DNA of 63,425 bases, counting the filler, from Octopus bimaculoides (Eukaryota): assembly GCF_001194135.2 (NCBI RefSeq). It is 5 parts of 4 records of this genome, joined end to end, with 100 filler letters (N's around TTAATTAATTAA, not from the genome) between each part and the next. Parts side by side here need not be neighbours in the genome. Positions count along the whole stretch, not along the records: positions 13,376 to 40,023 come from NC_068985.1; 4 more parts are not named here. The stretch is one strand, 5' to 3'. Below are positions 24,822 through 39,306 of this stretch, piece by piece (positions within the stretch are counted from its first letter, which is position 1; every line of letters starts with the position of its first letter). The translations under genes and the position numbers were made by a program. The notes under the pieces were generated by a model. It saw only the letters and a list, made by a program, of their open reading frames with translations, had not been told where the DNA came from and searched no databases.

Positions 24822-26104
24822 ACATATATATATATTTGAAGGAGTGAGTAGAGATGGGGTTTTATTTTTTTTAGGTGATAATTTATATTTTAATCCTAAT
24901 AATGATGTTTATAGTGAGTTACTCTGATATGACTTTCAAGTTTCAAATAGCCGTTTTGAAACCGAAAAGCTTATGTATTACTGGTTGCTTAAATAGCAGT
25001 AGACTTTTTCTTACAAGTATGCAAACGCCAAAATATACACAGAAAAAGAAATGAATATTAAAAAAATATTTTTAGATATTAGAAAATAAAAAAAAAATAC
25101 AATAACAAGTATATGTATATTATATATACATATATAAAATAGAAAATTTCTATTTGTAAATATCTCAATAAGAGACATTCAGTAACAGCACTCTAGAGTA
25201 CGGAATTCCAACCACGTTTCGTGGTTCGCTACCTCAACAGCTCCTTTATAGGATCCAGTGACCAAAGACATCATCAAGAGGAACCACGTCCGGTTTCGGC
25301 TCCTACTCCTCTACCGTTTTGACGTTGTAGGCTACCCCTTTTGAAAGTGTCTTCAGCTCTGGTCTTGAGTGCCTTTCTTCTTTCACCTTTTTTCTTTTGT
25401 TCTTCGGTTTCTTCGATGCAGCGTCAACGAATGTCAGCGAGCGAAAGACTATCCTGCCACATTTCCGTTAACATAGGCTCCAGCAAATAGCACTTCAACT
25501 GACCAATGGTGGGGAAGGGCTCGTAGTTGTAGCCAACATAGCGTGGCAGTCGAATATTACTGTTATTTTGCCCCAGGAAACATCGTCTCCACCTGACTAT
25601 GCGGCATAATATCTGTATCTTTATATTTTCGAACAATGGAATTTAGCATCTCCACTCTGCACAAAACAGACTTCTCGGTTATTTTCCTTCATCAGCTCAG
25701 ATTAACCGTTCGGCTAGAGGTGGCGCTGCTAAATTCTTGTTCGAAATATATAGTTTTCAAAGTGACACACACTCACTGTTCTATTAAAAAAGAAAAAAAA
25801 AAATATATATGTGGTATAGTTTTCTACCGTACGATTTTGTTTCGGGGATGTATTATGTTTACTGTGTTACTGTTCAAATGTTGAGTTTTACTATTTGATT
25901 GTGTTAATTGCGAAACTTTGAACTACAAGCACTCACCCAATTTTCCAACTATACGCCTAGAAATATTGTATGAACATAATATGCATGAATTCACGTTCAC
26001 TCACGCAGATGCATACATAGATAAATGCCAGCACACACTCTACAATAAATATGTGCTTATATATACGCCCGCTTACAGGTACGCACTTACATATAGTGGC
26101 TTCA

Positions 26105-26270
26105 AATTTTGGCGCGAGGCCAGCAATTTTATAAGGAAGTGCTAAGTCGATCACAGCACCCAGTGCTCAAATGATGCTTATTTATCGCATCCGAAATGAT
26201 GAAAGGTAAACTCTACCTCCGCAGAATTTGACTCAGACGGTAAAGACGGTCGAAATGCAGCTAAGCTGTG
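26105..26270 (-). mobile_element. SINE family A copy
   Basis: gaggccagcaatttt...gtcgatcacagcacccagtg...ctacctccgcagaatttgactcagacg. Confidence 0.65.
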
Positions 26271-28040
26271 CTTTTCGTCAAACGCGTTCATGTAATGAAG
26301 TGTAAACAGAATTGGTAATTAATTTTTTCTTGATTTTTCTTAAAACTTTTGAATATTATCCATTTTTACTATCAAAACACCTCCCTTATGATTGTTGTCC
26401 ATTAAACCTTCATCACCGGAAGGAAATGTAACTCATATTAGTATATTGTTCACACGATTATACTCAAGTTTTGAAAATTCCATGGAAGTATTGTTCAAGC
26501 CGAAAGACGCTCAAGGTCGCTATATGCCATGGTCTTTACATTTTGAGATGTATCTACGCATTTTCATTTTCTTCAATGCCGCGTTCCAGATGCTACATCA
26601 ACGTTTCTATCATAATTCATCACTTCGAGATTTAGTTAATCAAACATTGTTCCTAACCAATTTGGCATGTTTTGTACTTGTATACTTTCACAAAATATCT
26701 AGGAGCGGGAATCGACGAAACCTTGGCGCGTCCTACAACAGTAGAGAAGTAAAACAATGTTTTCGCTTTTTGTAGTAGATACACATGAATTCAAACTTCA
26801 AAGTATTTAAAATTACAGCCATTTTCGATTAGGAATACAACAGTTTCAATCCCTGTTATAGCTTTATGTAAATTCTTATAAATATCTTGACAAACACATA
26901 CGCACAAAAGCACACGCATATACCTACATGTTACATAAATTCATAATATTTCATTTATATTCGTATTAATGTATGTGGGTGTGAGTCTGTGCACGCGTTT
27001 GTGCTAAGTATATTCTGAATTGTGTATTTGTGTATGTGTGTGTGTGTTTGTGTATGTATGTTTGCTTGTCTATGCACCTGTGTGTGTATGCACCTGTGTA
27101 AATTATTATATTCTTGCTTGTTTTCTATTTTCTATTTGTATGCCCGTATGACAATAAAATCGTTTTTGTTGTTGTAGAATTGTTCTTAATATTTAAATCA
27201 TTTTCCTAAAACCATTATATTCCATTTTCTGAGCAATTTTTTCCCGTTATTTCTCCTTCAACACATTATTTAGATTTATTCTACAAGATATTTCAAATAT
27301 TCTTTATGCATTGTTTTACTGCAGGCAATGTTAATCTCGATTTAGAGTAAATTATTTTTTGTTAAGACTGATTCCATGCACATGATTTGAATTCTTATAG
27401 TCCCGCATTAGTTTAGTTACATTCGAATGATTAACTTATTCAGACGAAGTATAGTTCTGATATTTATTAGAAAGCATCCAAGTTCATTTCTTAATTGGTC
27501 AGCCTGTTCCAATTACAGTCACCAATAGATAAAACGATATGTATTATATATCATATATAGTATAGCAACAACAGTACCTGGCGTTTTCCAGGTACATATC
27601 GAGTATAGGAAATAACCTGTTGGTTAATGTGATTAATTTTCACAGAAGTGTTCCAAATCAAGATTTGCGATACCTAAGTTCAAATAAGAGGTATTCACCG
27701 TAGAGCCCAGATCCATTCAAACATTCACATATACTTGAGTATATTTTTTAATGGCTGCATTAGAAAGGCTGATGTACCTTGTCATAAATTATTTATGCAC
27801 TGGAAATTGTTGCATCTTAGCAATTCAAAGACGTTTTAAGTTCAGTTTCATGGAAATATACAAATAAAACATTCACATAATAATGTAAAATGCAATTTAC
27901 TTATTTTTGAAAAATTTCTATCAAAACATTATTGTCAATGCTCCAGTAATTTACATAAATATGCTGAGAAATTATTCTTCTAATCACAAAATTTTTCAGT
28001 ATATATTGCATTGAATATGCATATACACATCTGTGTATGC

Positions 28041-28090
<50 letters not shown>

Positions 28091-28227
28091 GTGTGTGTGT
28101 GTGTCTGACTGAGTGCGTATGTGTGTGTGTATGAGTGATTGCGTGTGTGTTAGTGTGTATGCGCATGCAGGTGTAGCCGAATTTGTATGTGTTTATGTAT
28201 TTGAATATGACCTGGAGTCGTTCTAAA

Positions 28228-28870
28228 GCCATCCATCCATCTATCGTCTGTGCCCGCTATTCATTGGGAGATCGTGGGAGTAGAGTCTCCAAGCACCCCT
28301 TCTATAATGGGATGGGCTTGAAGCAAGCGACATTACACATTTACAGCGAGACTTTCGATAATATGCAGACATGTTCTTTATTTAACCTTAAGATTCTACC
28401 GGATGTGTCATCTTCAAAACCTAGCGAATTTTTCCTATGACATTTTAATCACATGTTCTTAGTACTAATGCTGTGACTTCTCAATGAGCAAATGTAACAG
28501 ATCGACCTGGAGAGACTGACAATCTGATCTCCATGCAGGAACCTTGTTAAATAACGTTAATCACGAGATCCTTCGAAGAAATCCCGTTTCGACTGTCTAT
28601 TTTCTCAGTCGTACTCTTTCTGTCATTATTCAACATTCACGACCATAGATGAAGTTAGGGACAAAATCTGAATTGAAGTCAAGATGTTTAGATTTTATTT
28701 TGCTGACCTCTCCTCTCATGTACTGGATCTGGCATATTACAAAACCAGCATCAACAATTCAGTCACCTAAGTCAGCCTCGTGCTTTCCATCTCACATAAA
28801 TACGGTAACGAGTTACATAAGTTTCTCCGTTAGTCTCATCGATATTCCATATGCAGCGTGCACCAGGAAG
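28228..28870 (-). mobile_element. RTE-clade LINE, 3' fragment (Rex3/Expander-like)
   Basis: EKLM*LVTVFM*DGKHE...FVPNFIYGREC*IMTERVRL...GFLRRIS...LLIEKSQ resembles the RTE RT C-terminus (FVPTLTYGHE.WVMTER). Ends in a (GATG)n tail near 28229-28242. Confidence 0.75.
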
Positions 28871-30889
28871 ATATTCTTCACAAGAGGAATATCTGCGATA
28901 CAGCGTTAGGAAATTAAAGTAAGTTATGTTGAATGAATGGTAAATATTACATAATATCGTCAAATCAATATCCTTGTTGTTAAACAATATTTTCTCTTCT
29001 CTTTTTGAAGTGATTCTGCTGGTGAAGCAGCAAATTATGGTAGACATAAAGAGCTCCACGTCATAACCATCAACGTGTAGTATTTGCCCTTTGGATATTT
29101 GGAAACGTATAGTCTGTGGAACTGCAGTGATTCATATTCAGAAGAAACAATGGTACCATAAATGTTTCAAATAAACACATCCTCTGTACAGTGTGCGGTG
29201 ATCAATGTTTCAATTAAGCTTAGTATTCAGTTTTTGAATTTCAGCCTTGCGCCAAATGAAGTATCGGTAATAAAGGCTTTAATATGAGACACACACGGCA
29301 CATCAGTAGTCATGGAGCATTTTCATTTCTTTCGAAAATGCACAATATTACTGAGATACAACAACCTACAGCTTTGTCGTTAAATTAGTTTGCGTGCAAT
29401 CTTACCAACCCTAATATTTGATAGTTGCGTTGAAAGTTGGCAAACACTACCTAACCTCTTAACATGCCTCAATATATGTAACTTGATGTTGCAACCATGA
29501 ATGCAACTGAATACAATAGAATAATTATATCAGCTTCCTTGTTCTTATTATCATCAGATGTATTAAAGGTGCGCTCTTATTTATGACATTGCTTCAGATC
29601 ACTTCTAACCTTAAGTTGTGTTAGTCTCTTGATAAACCTGTGTAAGTGGTTGATCCTTTTGAGATGTGTAAAGTAATTTACATTAGCGTAATTCATCTCC
29701 ATTCCAAACTGTCCGCAGTAGCAATAAGAGTAATGTTGAAGCTGGTACGACTAAAATGTACAATAATCTCAAGTTGAAAGTTGATTGCAATGCTCTCAGC
29801 GCAAGATTCTATATTATAGGCGCAGACAATTAAGTGATAACAGTCTACTTATTTTCAGTAAAATCATGAGCAGGTTCAGCAGGTGTGATTTTGATGTTAA
29901 AACAACTGTTCATACATTGTTCATGTCATTGACAATGATTTATAAAAACGTTTCCACTGAAAAAGATTCCCTGTTAGTGGTGTAAAATTGGGAATCAGTT
30001 TTTTTAAGCTATTATAATGCTTTTGTTAAAGATATTTCTGGTGAGTAGGATGAAAAGAAATAAAATAAAATAAAAGGAAATAATTTATTTCTTTTTCAAG
30101 TGAACTTTGTTCAAAGAGCACTTTTTGAACAAATTTACGTTTTATCAAATAGAAATATGATGTAGACGCATTTAACTCTTGGAGGTTATGCTTCTTCCAC
30201 TGCATATGTAATACGGTACTGATATGCAAGCGTATTCATATGCAATACACACAACTGAAATAACAATGATATACACTACACAAGCAAAATAACACAATAC
30301 ACGTAGGTGTGGAAGTTTTACAAGTTATCAAAACTAAGTCCCAAAATAATTATTCATAATGCTTTAGTGTATGTTTCCATATGTATTGTGTTATGGATCC
30401 ATATATATTTTTCAACACACTCACAAGTGACATCACCACATCTATCTACACACTCTCTCTCATCTCTCTCTCTCTCATCTCTCTCTCTCTCTTTCTCTCT
30501 CTCATACACAACATACACAGGCGCGCACACAGGCACAGACGCACATTAAATAGATTTCGCATGTGAAAAATGTCGAAAATATCGTTTCATTCCCTACTCC
30601 ACATTAACTCCTCCAATAATCTTATTTACTATCTCAGGACTTTATGATACATCTCAAATTTCTCGTTGGCTTTAATCATTATTTATAAATCAGTGATTAT
30701 CTCTCTGAGGATTCCTCATGTACCGTGATGTCCATAATAGTGCAACCAATTTTGAATAGTTACCATACACTTACACACACAAAGAGTAATTTAAAACAGT
30801 TTAAATTACTTCATCTTGTTGAATAAACTTTTAAGGCTCCGGATGAGGTCCCAATCAAATCAAAATTATTGATTAAAGTATACAACACA

Positions 30890-30979
<90 letters not shown>

Positions 30980-31470
30980 CGTGTGTGTGTGTGTGTGTGT
31001 GTATAGAGAGAGATCTTAGATAGATATTGATATTTATATATATGCATGTATAAAGTTAATGAGATCTTTCCTGTTTTCTCATTTAACCAGTGAACTACAA
31101 TCGTAATCTCTATGAAATTACACCAACTATACATAGCAAATTCATATTAGAGCGATATAGTCCCAGACTTCTATTATTTGTATAAATGAAATGAAAATCT
31201 TCGATCATTTCCTCATGGTGTTCTTGGAGGTGTAGCTTATAGAAAAAATAAACAAGGTATATAAATACATTTCACGTCATATTACCGTACATCTGCCCAC
31301 TTCGAAGACATTTTGCTTAACCAGTATTTGCTTCAAGCACAAATTCGAAAGTCTGCAAGACATATGTCTATCATCAGGTGACAGTTTAAACAAACTAATT
31401 CTTCGTGTTTTCTTAGTGGAATATTTTGCCGCAATACAATTCTACTACGAACTAGTTGTCTATCCAGTAG

Positions 31471-31671
31471 TATTCTTTTTTTACTTGTTTCTGTCATTTG
31501 ACTGCGGACATGCTGGAGCGCCACCTTTTGTCGAGCAAATCGACCCCAGAGCTTATTCTTTGTAAGCCTCGTACTCATTCTATCGGTGTCTTCTGACGAT
31601 CCGCTAATTTACGGGGACATAAACACACCAGTATCGGTTGTGAAGCGATATGGGGGGACAAACCCGACACA

Positions 31672-31710
<39 letters not shown>

Positions 31711-31916
31711 ATATTCAACACACACACACACACACACACGCATGTATATATACACATATACGACGGGTTTCTTCCAGTTTCTGCCTACCAAATCCACTCA
31801 CAAGGCTTTGGTCAACCTGAGGCTATACTAGAAGATACTTACCCAAGGTGCCACGCACTTGGATTGAACCCATGACCATGTGGTTAGTAAGCCAGCTACT
31901 TACCACACAGCCACTC
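31471..31916 (-). mobile_element. Full-length SINE family B (antisense)
   Basis: Reverse complement of the 13590-14004 architecture, including the internal (CA)n. Confidence 0.85.
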
Positions 31917-32989
31917 AATTATCTAAATATATGAATGTTACGCAACCCTTCGGTGCATTTCATTCATCTTCTACAATTTGCAAAATCCCGAAGGAAGCGA
32001 AAGATCCAGTATGATATAAAATATCATAGTGGAGATCTCATTTTTGGGACATGATCTTATACACAGGTGATATTTTCTGAAAATATTCCTTCTTAAACGT
32101 GTATGTTCTGTTAAAACAAACTATTTCGAGATACATTCTCATATTGGCTTTCGGTGCAAAATGTACTCATTTTTATAATGCTAGTAGGGAGCTGAATATC
32201 CGTCGGTTCCAGCGCCGAGCCCACAAGATTACGATATTTCGACCTTTCTTCGCCTCGTCAATGATACAGGCTAAACCACTAGAAATAATTGTTATTTGTA
32301 TTTTTACAAAAAAAAAAATATGTTTACTTTTATGAAACAATCTAAAAGAGGTCACGTTTAGAAAATGTAATATTTTCAATATTAACGAAAGTTTAATTGA
32401 TTATTTTTGATTTTTAAGAAACACTATGGAGGTTTAGCATAGTCTCAGAAAACAAAGCACCACAAATTCAGGAAATATTTCACAAACAAATAAAAGAAAG
32501 TGGTTAGTATGAATTATCTAACGTTTATAAAACTGCATGCTGTTAAGAAAATATTTTCCTGTTCTATAATCGTTGTTTTGTTATGCATAGGATGTATTTC
32601 ACAAACAGTATACACGGCGTGAGATCTGTAACTGAATACATCATATATCCCTTGCATGTCGCACCCGTTCTAAACTGGAAATCTTATTTCAACATATTGT
32701 CACAAATCCAATCACACTGTATTCAATTTTGTAAATTTACTGCTTAATACCGCAACTATTCTTGTCAGGAATATAATTTAATCCTTATATTATCCTAATA
32801 TTTACTGCCGTCCCACCGGCTCATATATTCAAGCATCTAAATGTTAAAGATGAGCCAAAGAAATGTTATCTTTCGGTTTAGAATTCTTGAACGTAACCTA
32901 TGTATCTGCGCTCAGTTTGTTTTTCCACACCTGCATATCCTTATGGATATGTATGTTTGTGTGTGTATGCATGTGACGTATTATGTATG

Positions 32990-33032
<43 letters not shown>

Positions 33033-35267
33033 GATGGTGTGTTTGCAATTTTTTAGACATATATATAATTGTTCATTTAAATAACATTTTTACTCTCTCA
33101 AAAATATATTTTATTCCATTATACTTTATGTGAAATTACCTAACTTTCATTTATGATTTAGCACAAAACTAAATTATTCTATACCCAACATATAAAGGCA
33201 AAATATAGGAGTAAAACTTTTGAGTATAAATAAATGAAGGAAGGAATGACATAAGTAAAACGTGAGAGAAATATTTATCTTTATACATAGCTTCGCATAA
33301 TTTACTACCAAAGAAACTAAAAGAAGTATATAAAAATCGCAACGCCTAGGCAAACCTGAAAATTGTTTAGAATATATTGAAAATATCAAATTATTTTACT
33401 CGAAATGTGTGAATATTGCAGTTGCATTGAAAGATAATAGATTGTCGTTTCTTTTTGAGAAAAAAATATAATCAAATTCGATTTGCATATCCATATCACT
33501 AATACGAAGTAAAATGCATAGGCGCACACAAAAACAAGCAAAATAAAAAATTACATGAAACGTACACAGAAGTAGAGAAACATACACAGCAATATGCATG
33601 TGAACATAGATACTGGCATAACTGTGCAATCATTAAATTCACAAACACATGGTCCAAGTTTCAAACTTGATTCTTGCCTCTTCGGTCGATATTTTCTACA
33701 ACATTGAAAGAACCAATGCACTGTGTTTGGCATTTGGTTGACGGAAAATTTTCAGAAGTCAATTCTATATTTGAATAATGATATTAAAATACCAAATGCT
33801 TAAAGTGCATTGTTTTTATTCTATTCAACAATCGTTACATTGTGAGCAACAGTACAAAAGTCATAAGTATATTCTCCCAATCGACATTTTTAAGAATACG
33901 CCTGATTCACCGGATTTTATGATTTAAAACTGAACGCTAATATATAAACGAAAGAAAAACTACATGGCAACAAATCAAAACAAAATAATTGTCAGTTATC
34001 TCAGAATTTATGCAAGTGGCATAAACTGCAAACACTAAAATGGTCACCACCAGAAATAATTTGCTCATAATACCACTGTTGATGTGGACGCTATATAAAT
34101 CTTGTTCCTTTGAAAACAGCTTCAGCCTTCACCTGTCCATATGTATTGTTTTGGAATGACTTTTGGGTTATACGTATTTTTATTATCTATCTTTTAACTT
34201 CGGTTTCCATTCCGCGTTTGCTTTTGTTTTTGACAGGTTACTGCGCATTAAGTGGTATCTTGAATTATTTTGGCTTGAGAATGTGAAAGAAATGTGTAAG
34301 AACGCGAGACATAAAAGGAGGTAGAGGGATAAAGAGAGAAGGATGAGAGAGAAGGAAGCGGAACAGTGATTCTGTCATAGGTACGTGCCTTCTATGTTTG
34401 CTATTTTTATGTTTTATTGAGAGTGCCATTTTCCCGAAATCCATTCGATACTTTCCAAAAGGAATGTCGACGCCATTTAGAAATCTCTTAATTTATTGCG
34501 ACAGAAAGACCACAGAAGAAAATAAAAGGGAAACATATAAGATATTTTGGATTAAATTAGGGAGGACAGGAAAGCTTATTGGCAATGTGCAAAGAGAAAT
34601 TGTTGTCTAAAAGAAAAATAATTTATGGTGTGATGTATGGTTTAAAAATGAATAATATTTAACATTCAAGTCAGGGAATAGTAATAAACATATAAAATAA
34701 TATATAAACTTGTAATATAAAACGATATGTTCACAAGGTACAGAATATTAGCTCTTATTCTGTTTTGCTCTCGTTTAAAATCTGTCGCGTGCATACATAA
34801 GGAAAACTTACATACATACACACATACATACATACATATATACATACATACATACATATATACATACTTGCATACATACATACATGCATATAAATATATA
34901 TATGTATATATATATAAATATATGCAACTTTAAAAAAAAAAACGGGCAAGCAAGTTCTGTATCATTGTGCTAGTTATATTTGTTTGTTTAAAAAAAAAAC
35001 AAGCCTTGTTTATTGGATTATTCCAGGGATTATACATCGATGCTAAGTAGTTATGAATATTATTCTGAAAGAAAAGGAATACGGCACTAAATAATTAAGC
35101 GCACGCTGTTACGAACAGCAGTAATTTTAGTAGTGTTGTGTGTAATTATTTAGATTTTAGATAATATTGTGCAGGAGAAATACTTTCTCAGGTTATTCGG
35201 GGGTGACGTACTTACCGTATAGGCCACAGACTCCGATTGCACTATGCATATTGTATATGTGTTTGTG

Positions 35268-35319
<52 letters not shown>

Positions 35320-35391
35320 TGCGTATGTGTGCATGTGTGCGCGTGTGTGTATGTGCGTATGAGCATACATTTAGATAGAAAAAATAGATAA

Positions 35392-36030
35392 TACGACGGT
35401 GGCTGAAAATTACTTAAACCGTTTTTGAAATCGTGCATGCATTAATTTCTGTACACTTGCATTTTTTCTTTCCGTGTCAAGTGATATCTGACTGATCAAA
35501 AAAGACTTCAAAATTTACTAGTTGCGAATTCCCATGAAGAAAACAGAAAAAATTTCGCATCGTGGTGTCATCAGGTACCTGCAGAAAAGGGGTTTAGCCG
35601 CCAAGGATATTCAGGCTAACATGTTTGCTACATCAGGGGATGCCGATGCAGCTTTATCAGCAGTGCAAAAGTGGGCGGCTACATTTAGGAGCACAACTTA
35701 AAATTTGGATAACCTGCAACTGCCACCACGGAGAGAAACATTGGTGGTGTTCGCACATGCAGACGGATGACAAGCGATTGAAATCAAATAGTCAATGCCA
35801 TTAGCATATCTAATAAAAGAGTTGCGAATATGCTGGACCTCCGGCAACAGCTGCCACTGAGGAAAACATTGATCGTGTTCAACACATGCTATTGGATGAC
35901 AGGCGATTGATTGAAGCCAATGCAATTAGCCTAGCCAATAACAATACCATTAGCATGTTCAGTGGAAAAGTTGAGAATAATATGCTTTTGATGCATCGGA
36001 AACGTGGGCAGAAATTCCACACGTTCAATA
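35392..36030 (+). mobile_element. Mariner 5' fragment with internal duplication
   Basis: TA|CGACGGTGGCTGAAAATT TIR-like start; SHRGVIRYLQKRGLAAKDIQA HTH motif; homologous to the 38.1 kb element. Confidence 0.75.
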
Positions 36031-36850
36031 CCAAAAACAGTTTCTGAATTTAAAAAAAACTGCGAAGGGAATGTCAACTAAATACTAACGTATGTAGTCT
36101 TACCTATCGATTACATTTAAATTGTTCGTTTTCGTATTAAAAAAAGATATTGGAAATTAAAGGTGTCTATTTACTTCCTGCTTGTCAGTATATATATGTA
36201 TGTATGTATGTATATATATATAGACCGGACAGACAGACGGAGGCAAACAAATAGATCGAATGAGAAAGCGTGTGAGTGGAAATGTCCAGGACTAGCATAT
36301 CTCACCAAAAACGTCCAGAAGAAACCGTCTAATATCATCTATTGGTCACATATTGTGATGTTTGCTGTAAATGAGAGGAAGGTCATAGTATTAACGAGAT
36401 TGGTTGACTTTCTTGTACTCCTAACGTCATATAACACCAATTCTTGATGGCTGTTTTGCAATCCAAGGGCACGAGATAGTAAAGGAATAACAAAAGATTC
36501 AACACGACAGTGAAGCCACAGTGTAATAGCAGATGTCGATTATTTCCTTTCTCTTTGATGGATATAGTCGTCTACACAGTAGTTGCAAGCATGTCATTGC
36601 GAGACTAGTTCCGACTGTCCTGTGTTGCATTGTCATTGTTCATATCCCTTTTCCGATCATTCTATTGATTTCGATTCTTCTTATTTGTAGTATGTATTAC
36701 TACTAAATTTTTCTTTGTATGGAAGTTTCAATGATGTGACAATTATAGTTTGAATTGATTTACATATACTAACGTGTTAATACGGGTATACACACGAACA
36801 CACAAACACACACGCGTACACACATTCAGGCATATATACCTATATATACA

Positions 36851-36890
<40 letters not shown>

Positions 36891-37007
36891 ATATATGTGG
36901 TGTATAGTTTGGAATATTGCATGAACGTTAGAAATATTTCATAGACAATTATGAAGATTATTACATATATATANNNNNNNNNNNNNNNNNNNNNNNNNNN
37001 NNNNNNN

Positions 37008-37042
<35 letters not shown>

Positions 37043-38076
37043 TACACAAACCGAAAGAAACACATACACACAGATTGTAGATGAATACTCAAGTATTTAG
37101 TCATAATAGAATGGCAACCATATATTACTAAATACTGATTTGTGAGCAATGTGTACTCATGTAAGCATAATATGTTTAGACCACTCTTTCCTCTTCAAGT
37201 ACTACATCATGGTCAACACGCCACCATTGTTTAAGCTACAGTGGTTTGTTGGCGGAGCAGCAAGTAAAGTATAATCTGCATAACCATTATGGAATTGACC
37301 TTTTGATGACCTGCCCGATATTACTGACAAAAGTAGAATGCGAGAGAAACTCTTTGCTATTAATAAATCGAATTACTTAAAAATTTATGAAGCTGAACCA
37401 GACTGTTATGGCTTATAGCAAATGAACTAACGGATATCTGTATGACCTCCACTGATATTTTCTTCATTCCTTCCCTACATTTTCCAAGAGAGAACATTTA
37501 GTCTCCACCCAAATACAAAAGTCGAAAAAGAATATTTTATAGCTTAATGCTCAACATATTTACGATAGACGAAATTATATGTCATTTAACGTATGTTGAG
37601 CGGACTATGTGTCGAACTTGCTTTAATAAATCATTAGGGTTTCTATTTTTTCTTTACTTAATTTTGGTCTCATACTGCAGACATTATCTTGTGGCTCTTT
37701 TTTATTTATCACTCTTCAACCGCTGCAAATATTACACTGAGTTGGGTGGAACATTAATAAGTTTCAGTTATTTCGACGCGTAGTTCAAACTATATAGATA
37801 GTGCAAAATATAAAGAGTCTTGTTGATTTACCTTTGTGAGGGTAATCTGTTGTGTATATGTATGTAAACACAACCACCACCCCACACACACATATACGTA
37901 CAGGTACACATTCATATATATATGTATGTGTGCGTGTGTGTAAGTCAAAAGATCACAATGTTATAATAATGCATAGAAAAGTAGGGTTGATGTATATATA
38001 TCTTGAATATGAAACTATTTTGATATTCAAAGTGTCCCAAGGTCGATACGACTAAATAGATCGTTGGCAAAAGCAT

Positions 38077-39306
38077 TACGAGAGTGATTTGAAAAGTTCA
38101 TAGGCTAACTATGAAGGAGTGATGCCAGAGTTGTATAATCTTGCATACATTACTTACAACACTTCTTCAAAATAACTGCATTGTATACTTTACAGGTAAA
38201 TTGACATTTTACTGTTCATAGAAGATTTCAAAGCGGACTAGTCACCACTTGTCTTGAATATAGACAAAGTTCCACATCGTGATATTATCACGTATCTGCC
38301 GAAAAAGTGATTAACCCCTAAGGAATTCATGCCGACATGACTGTTACATTAGAGGATGCCGCTCTAGTTTTATCAACAGTGCGAAAGTGGGCATTAAAAT
38401 TTAGGAAGGGAAGGGAGAGGAAAACATTCATCGTCTTCAACACATGTTAGTAGAGGACATGCGAGTGACTGTAAATTAAGTAGCCAGTCTATTAGTATAT
38501 CCCGTGAGATTGTTGAGAATATTCTGCATAATGAACTTGGCAAATCAAGTGGGGTCCACGTCTTCTCACACATTATCAAATGTACACCAGGCTGATCATA
38601 CCAGAGGAAAATCTGAAATTGTTTTCAGCTGCTTTCCTTGACCATTTCTTAACCCATAATGAGTGCTGGATTCATCGCTTTGAGTCAGAGACAAAGAGAC
38701 AATCCATGCAATGGAAACACTGCTCCCCGTCTACTCCAAGGAAGACCGAGTTTATTTCTTCTGCAAGGAAGGTGAGATCCACAGATTCGTTCGGATGGAA
38801 AATGCATAGTATTTATTGATAATGTTTAAAAATGTGAACACCGTTAATGAAGAGTACTATGCCAATTTACTGAGGAACATACGAAAGGCTGTCAAGATCA
38901 AACGCTTAGGAAAACTTAGAAAAGCGTTCTTGATTCATCACGACAACGCTCCAACACATAAGTCCTTCGTTTCAATTGTTGCTGTGCGTGAATAATTTTG
39001 AACAGATTGGGTGCCCTCACTATTCTCATTTCTCTTCATCTGACTGTCGTATGCTTCCCAGCATGAAATGATTCTTGGCGAAAAATCAGCAGTACTGTGA
39101 TGATGATATCATATCTGCTACTGCTTAAATTTTTTACTAAAAGATGAAAGCTTCTCCACCAATCGTATCCAAACAGTAAATTATGCACGAAAGCTCTCCA
39201 AGCAGTGCAACATCGATGAAAGAATTGCCTGGGACGCAAGGGCTGGGGTCGAGTTTCTGTTGAAAAATAAACCTCGAGGAAATGAACTTTTCAGCTGATT
39301 AACGTA
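38077..39306 (+). mobile_element. Full-length decayed mariner with both TIRs (about 1.23 kb including TA sites)
   Basis: Left TACGAGAGTGATTTGAAAAGTTC; right GAACTTTTCAGCTGATTAACGTA (reverse complement TACGTTAATCAGCTGAAAAGTTC). Internal THNECWIHRFESETKRQSMQWKH...SSARKV, HHDNAP and PHYSHFSSSD motifs. Confidence 0.85.

Noticed and set aside
25705-25730. AGGTGGCGCTG, part of a CTCF-like motif
   Set aside because: The 5' CCAC half of the consensus is absent; a single partial match is not informative.
28772-28900. IWNIDET peptide resembling a pogo/Tigger DDE motif
   Set aside because: An overlapping frame continues the RTE reverse transcriptase homology (CTLH...EKLM*LV.VF), which explains the region better.
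37190-37450. Coding-looking stretch (…FDDLPDITDKSRMREKLFAINKSNYLKIYEAEPDCYGL*)
   Set aside because: Needs a frameshift, contains stops, and I cannot tie it to any family; blastx would be required.
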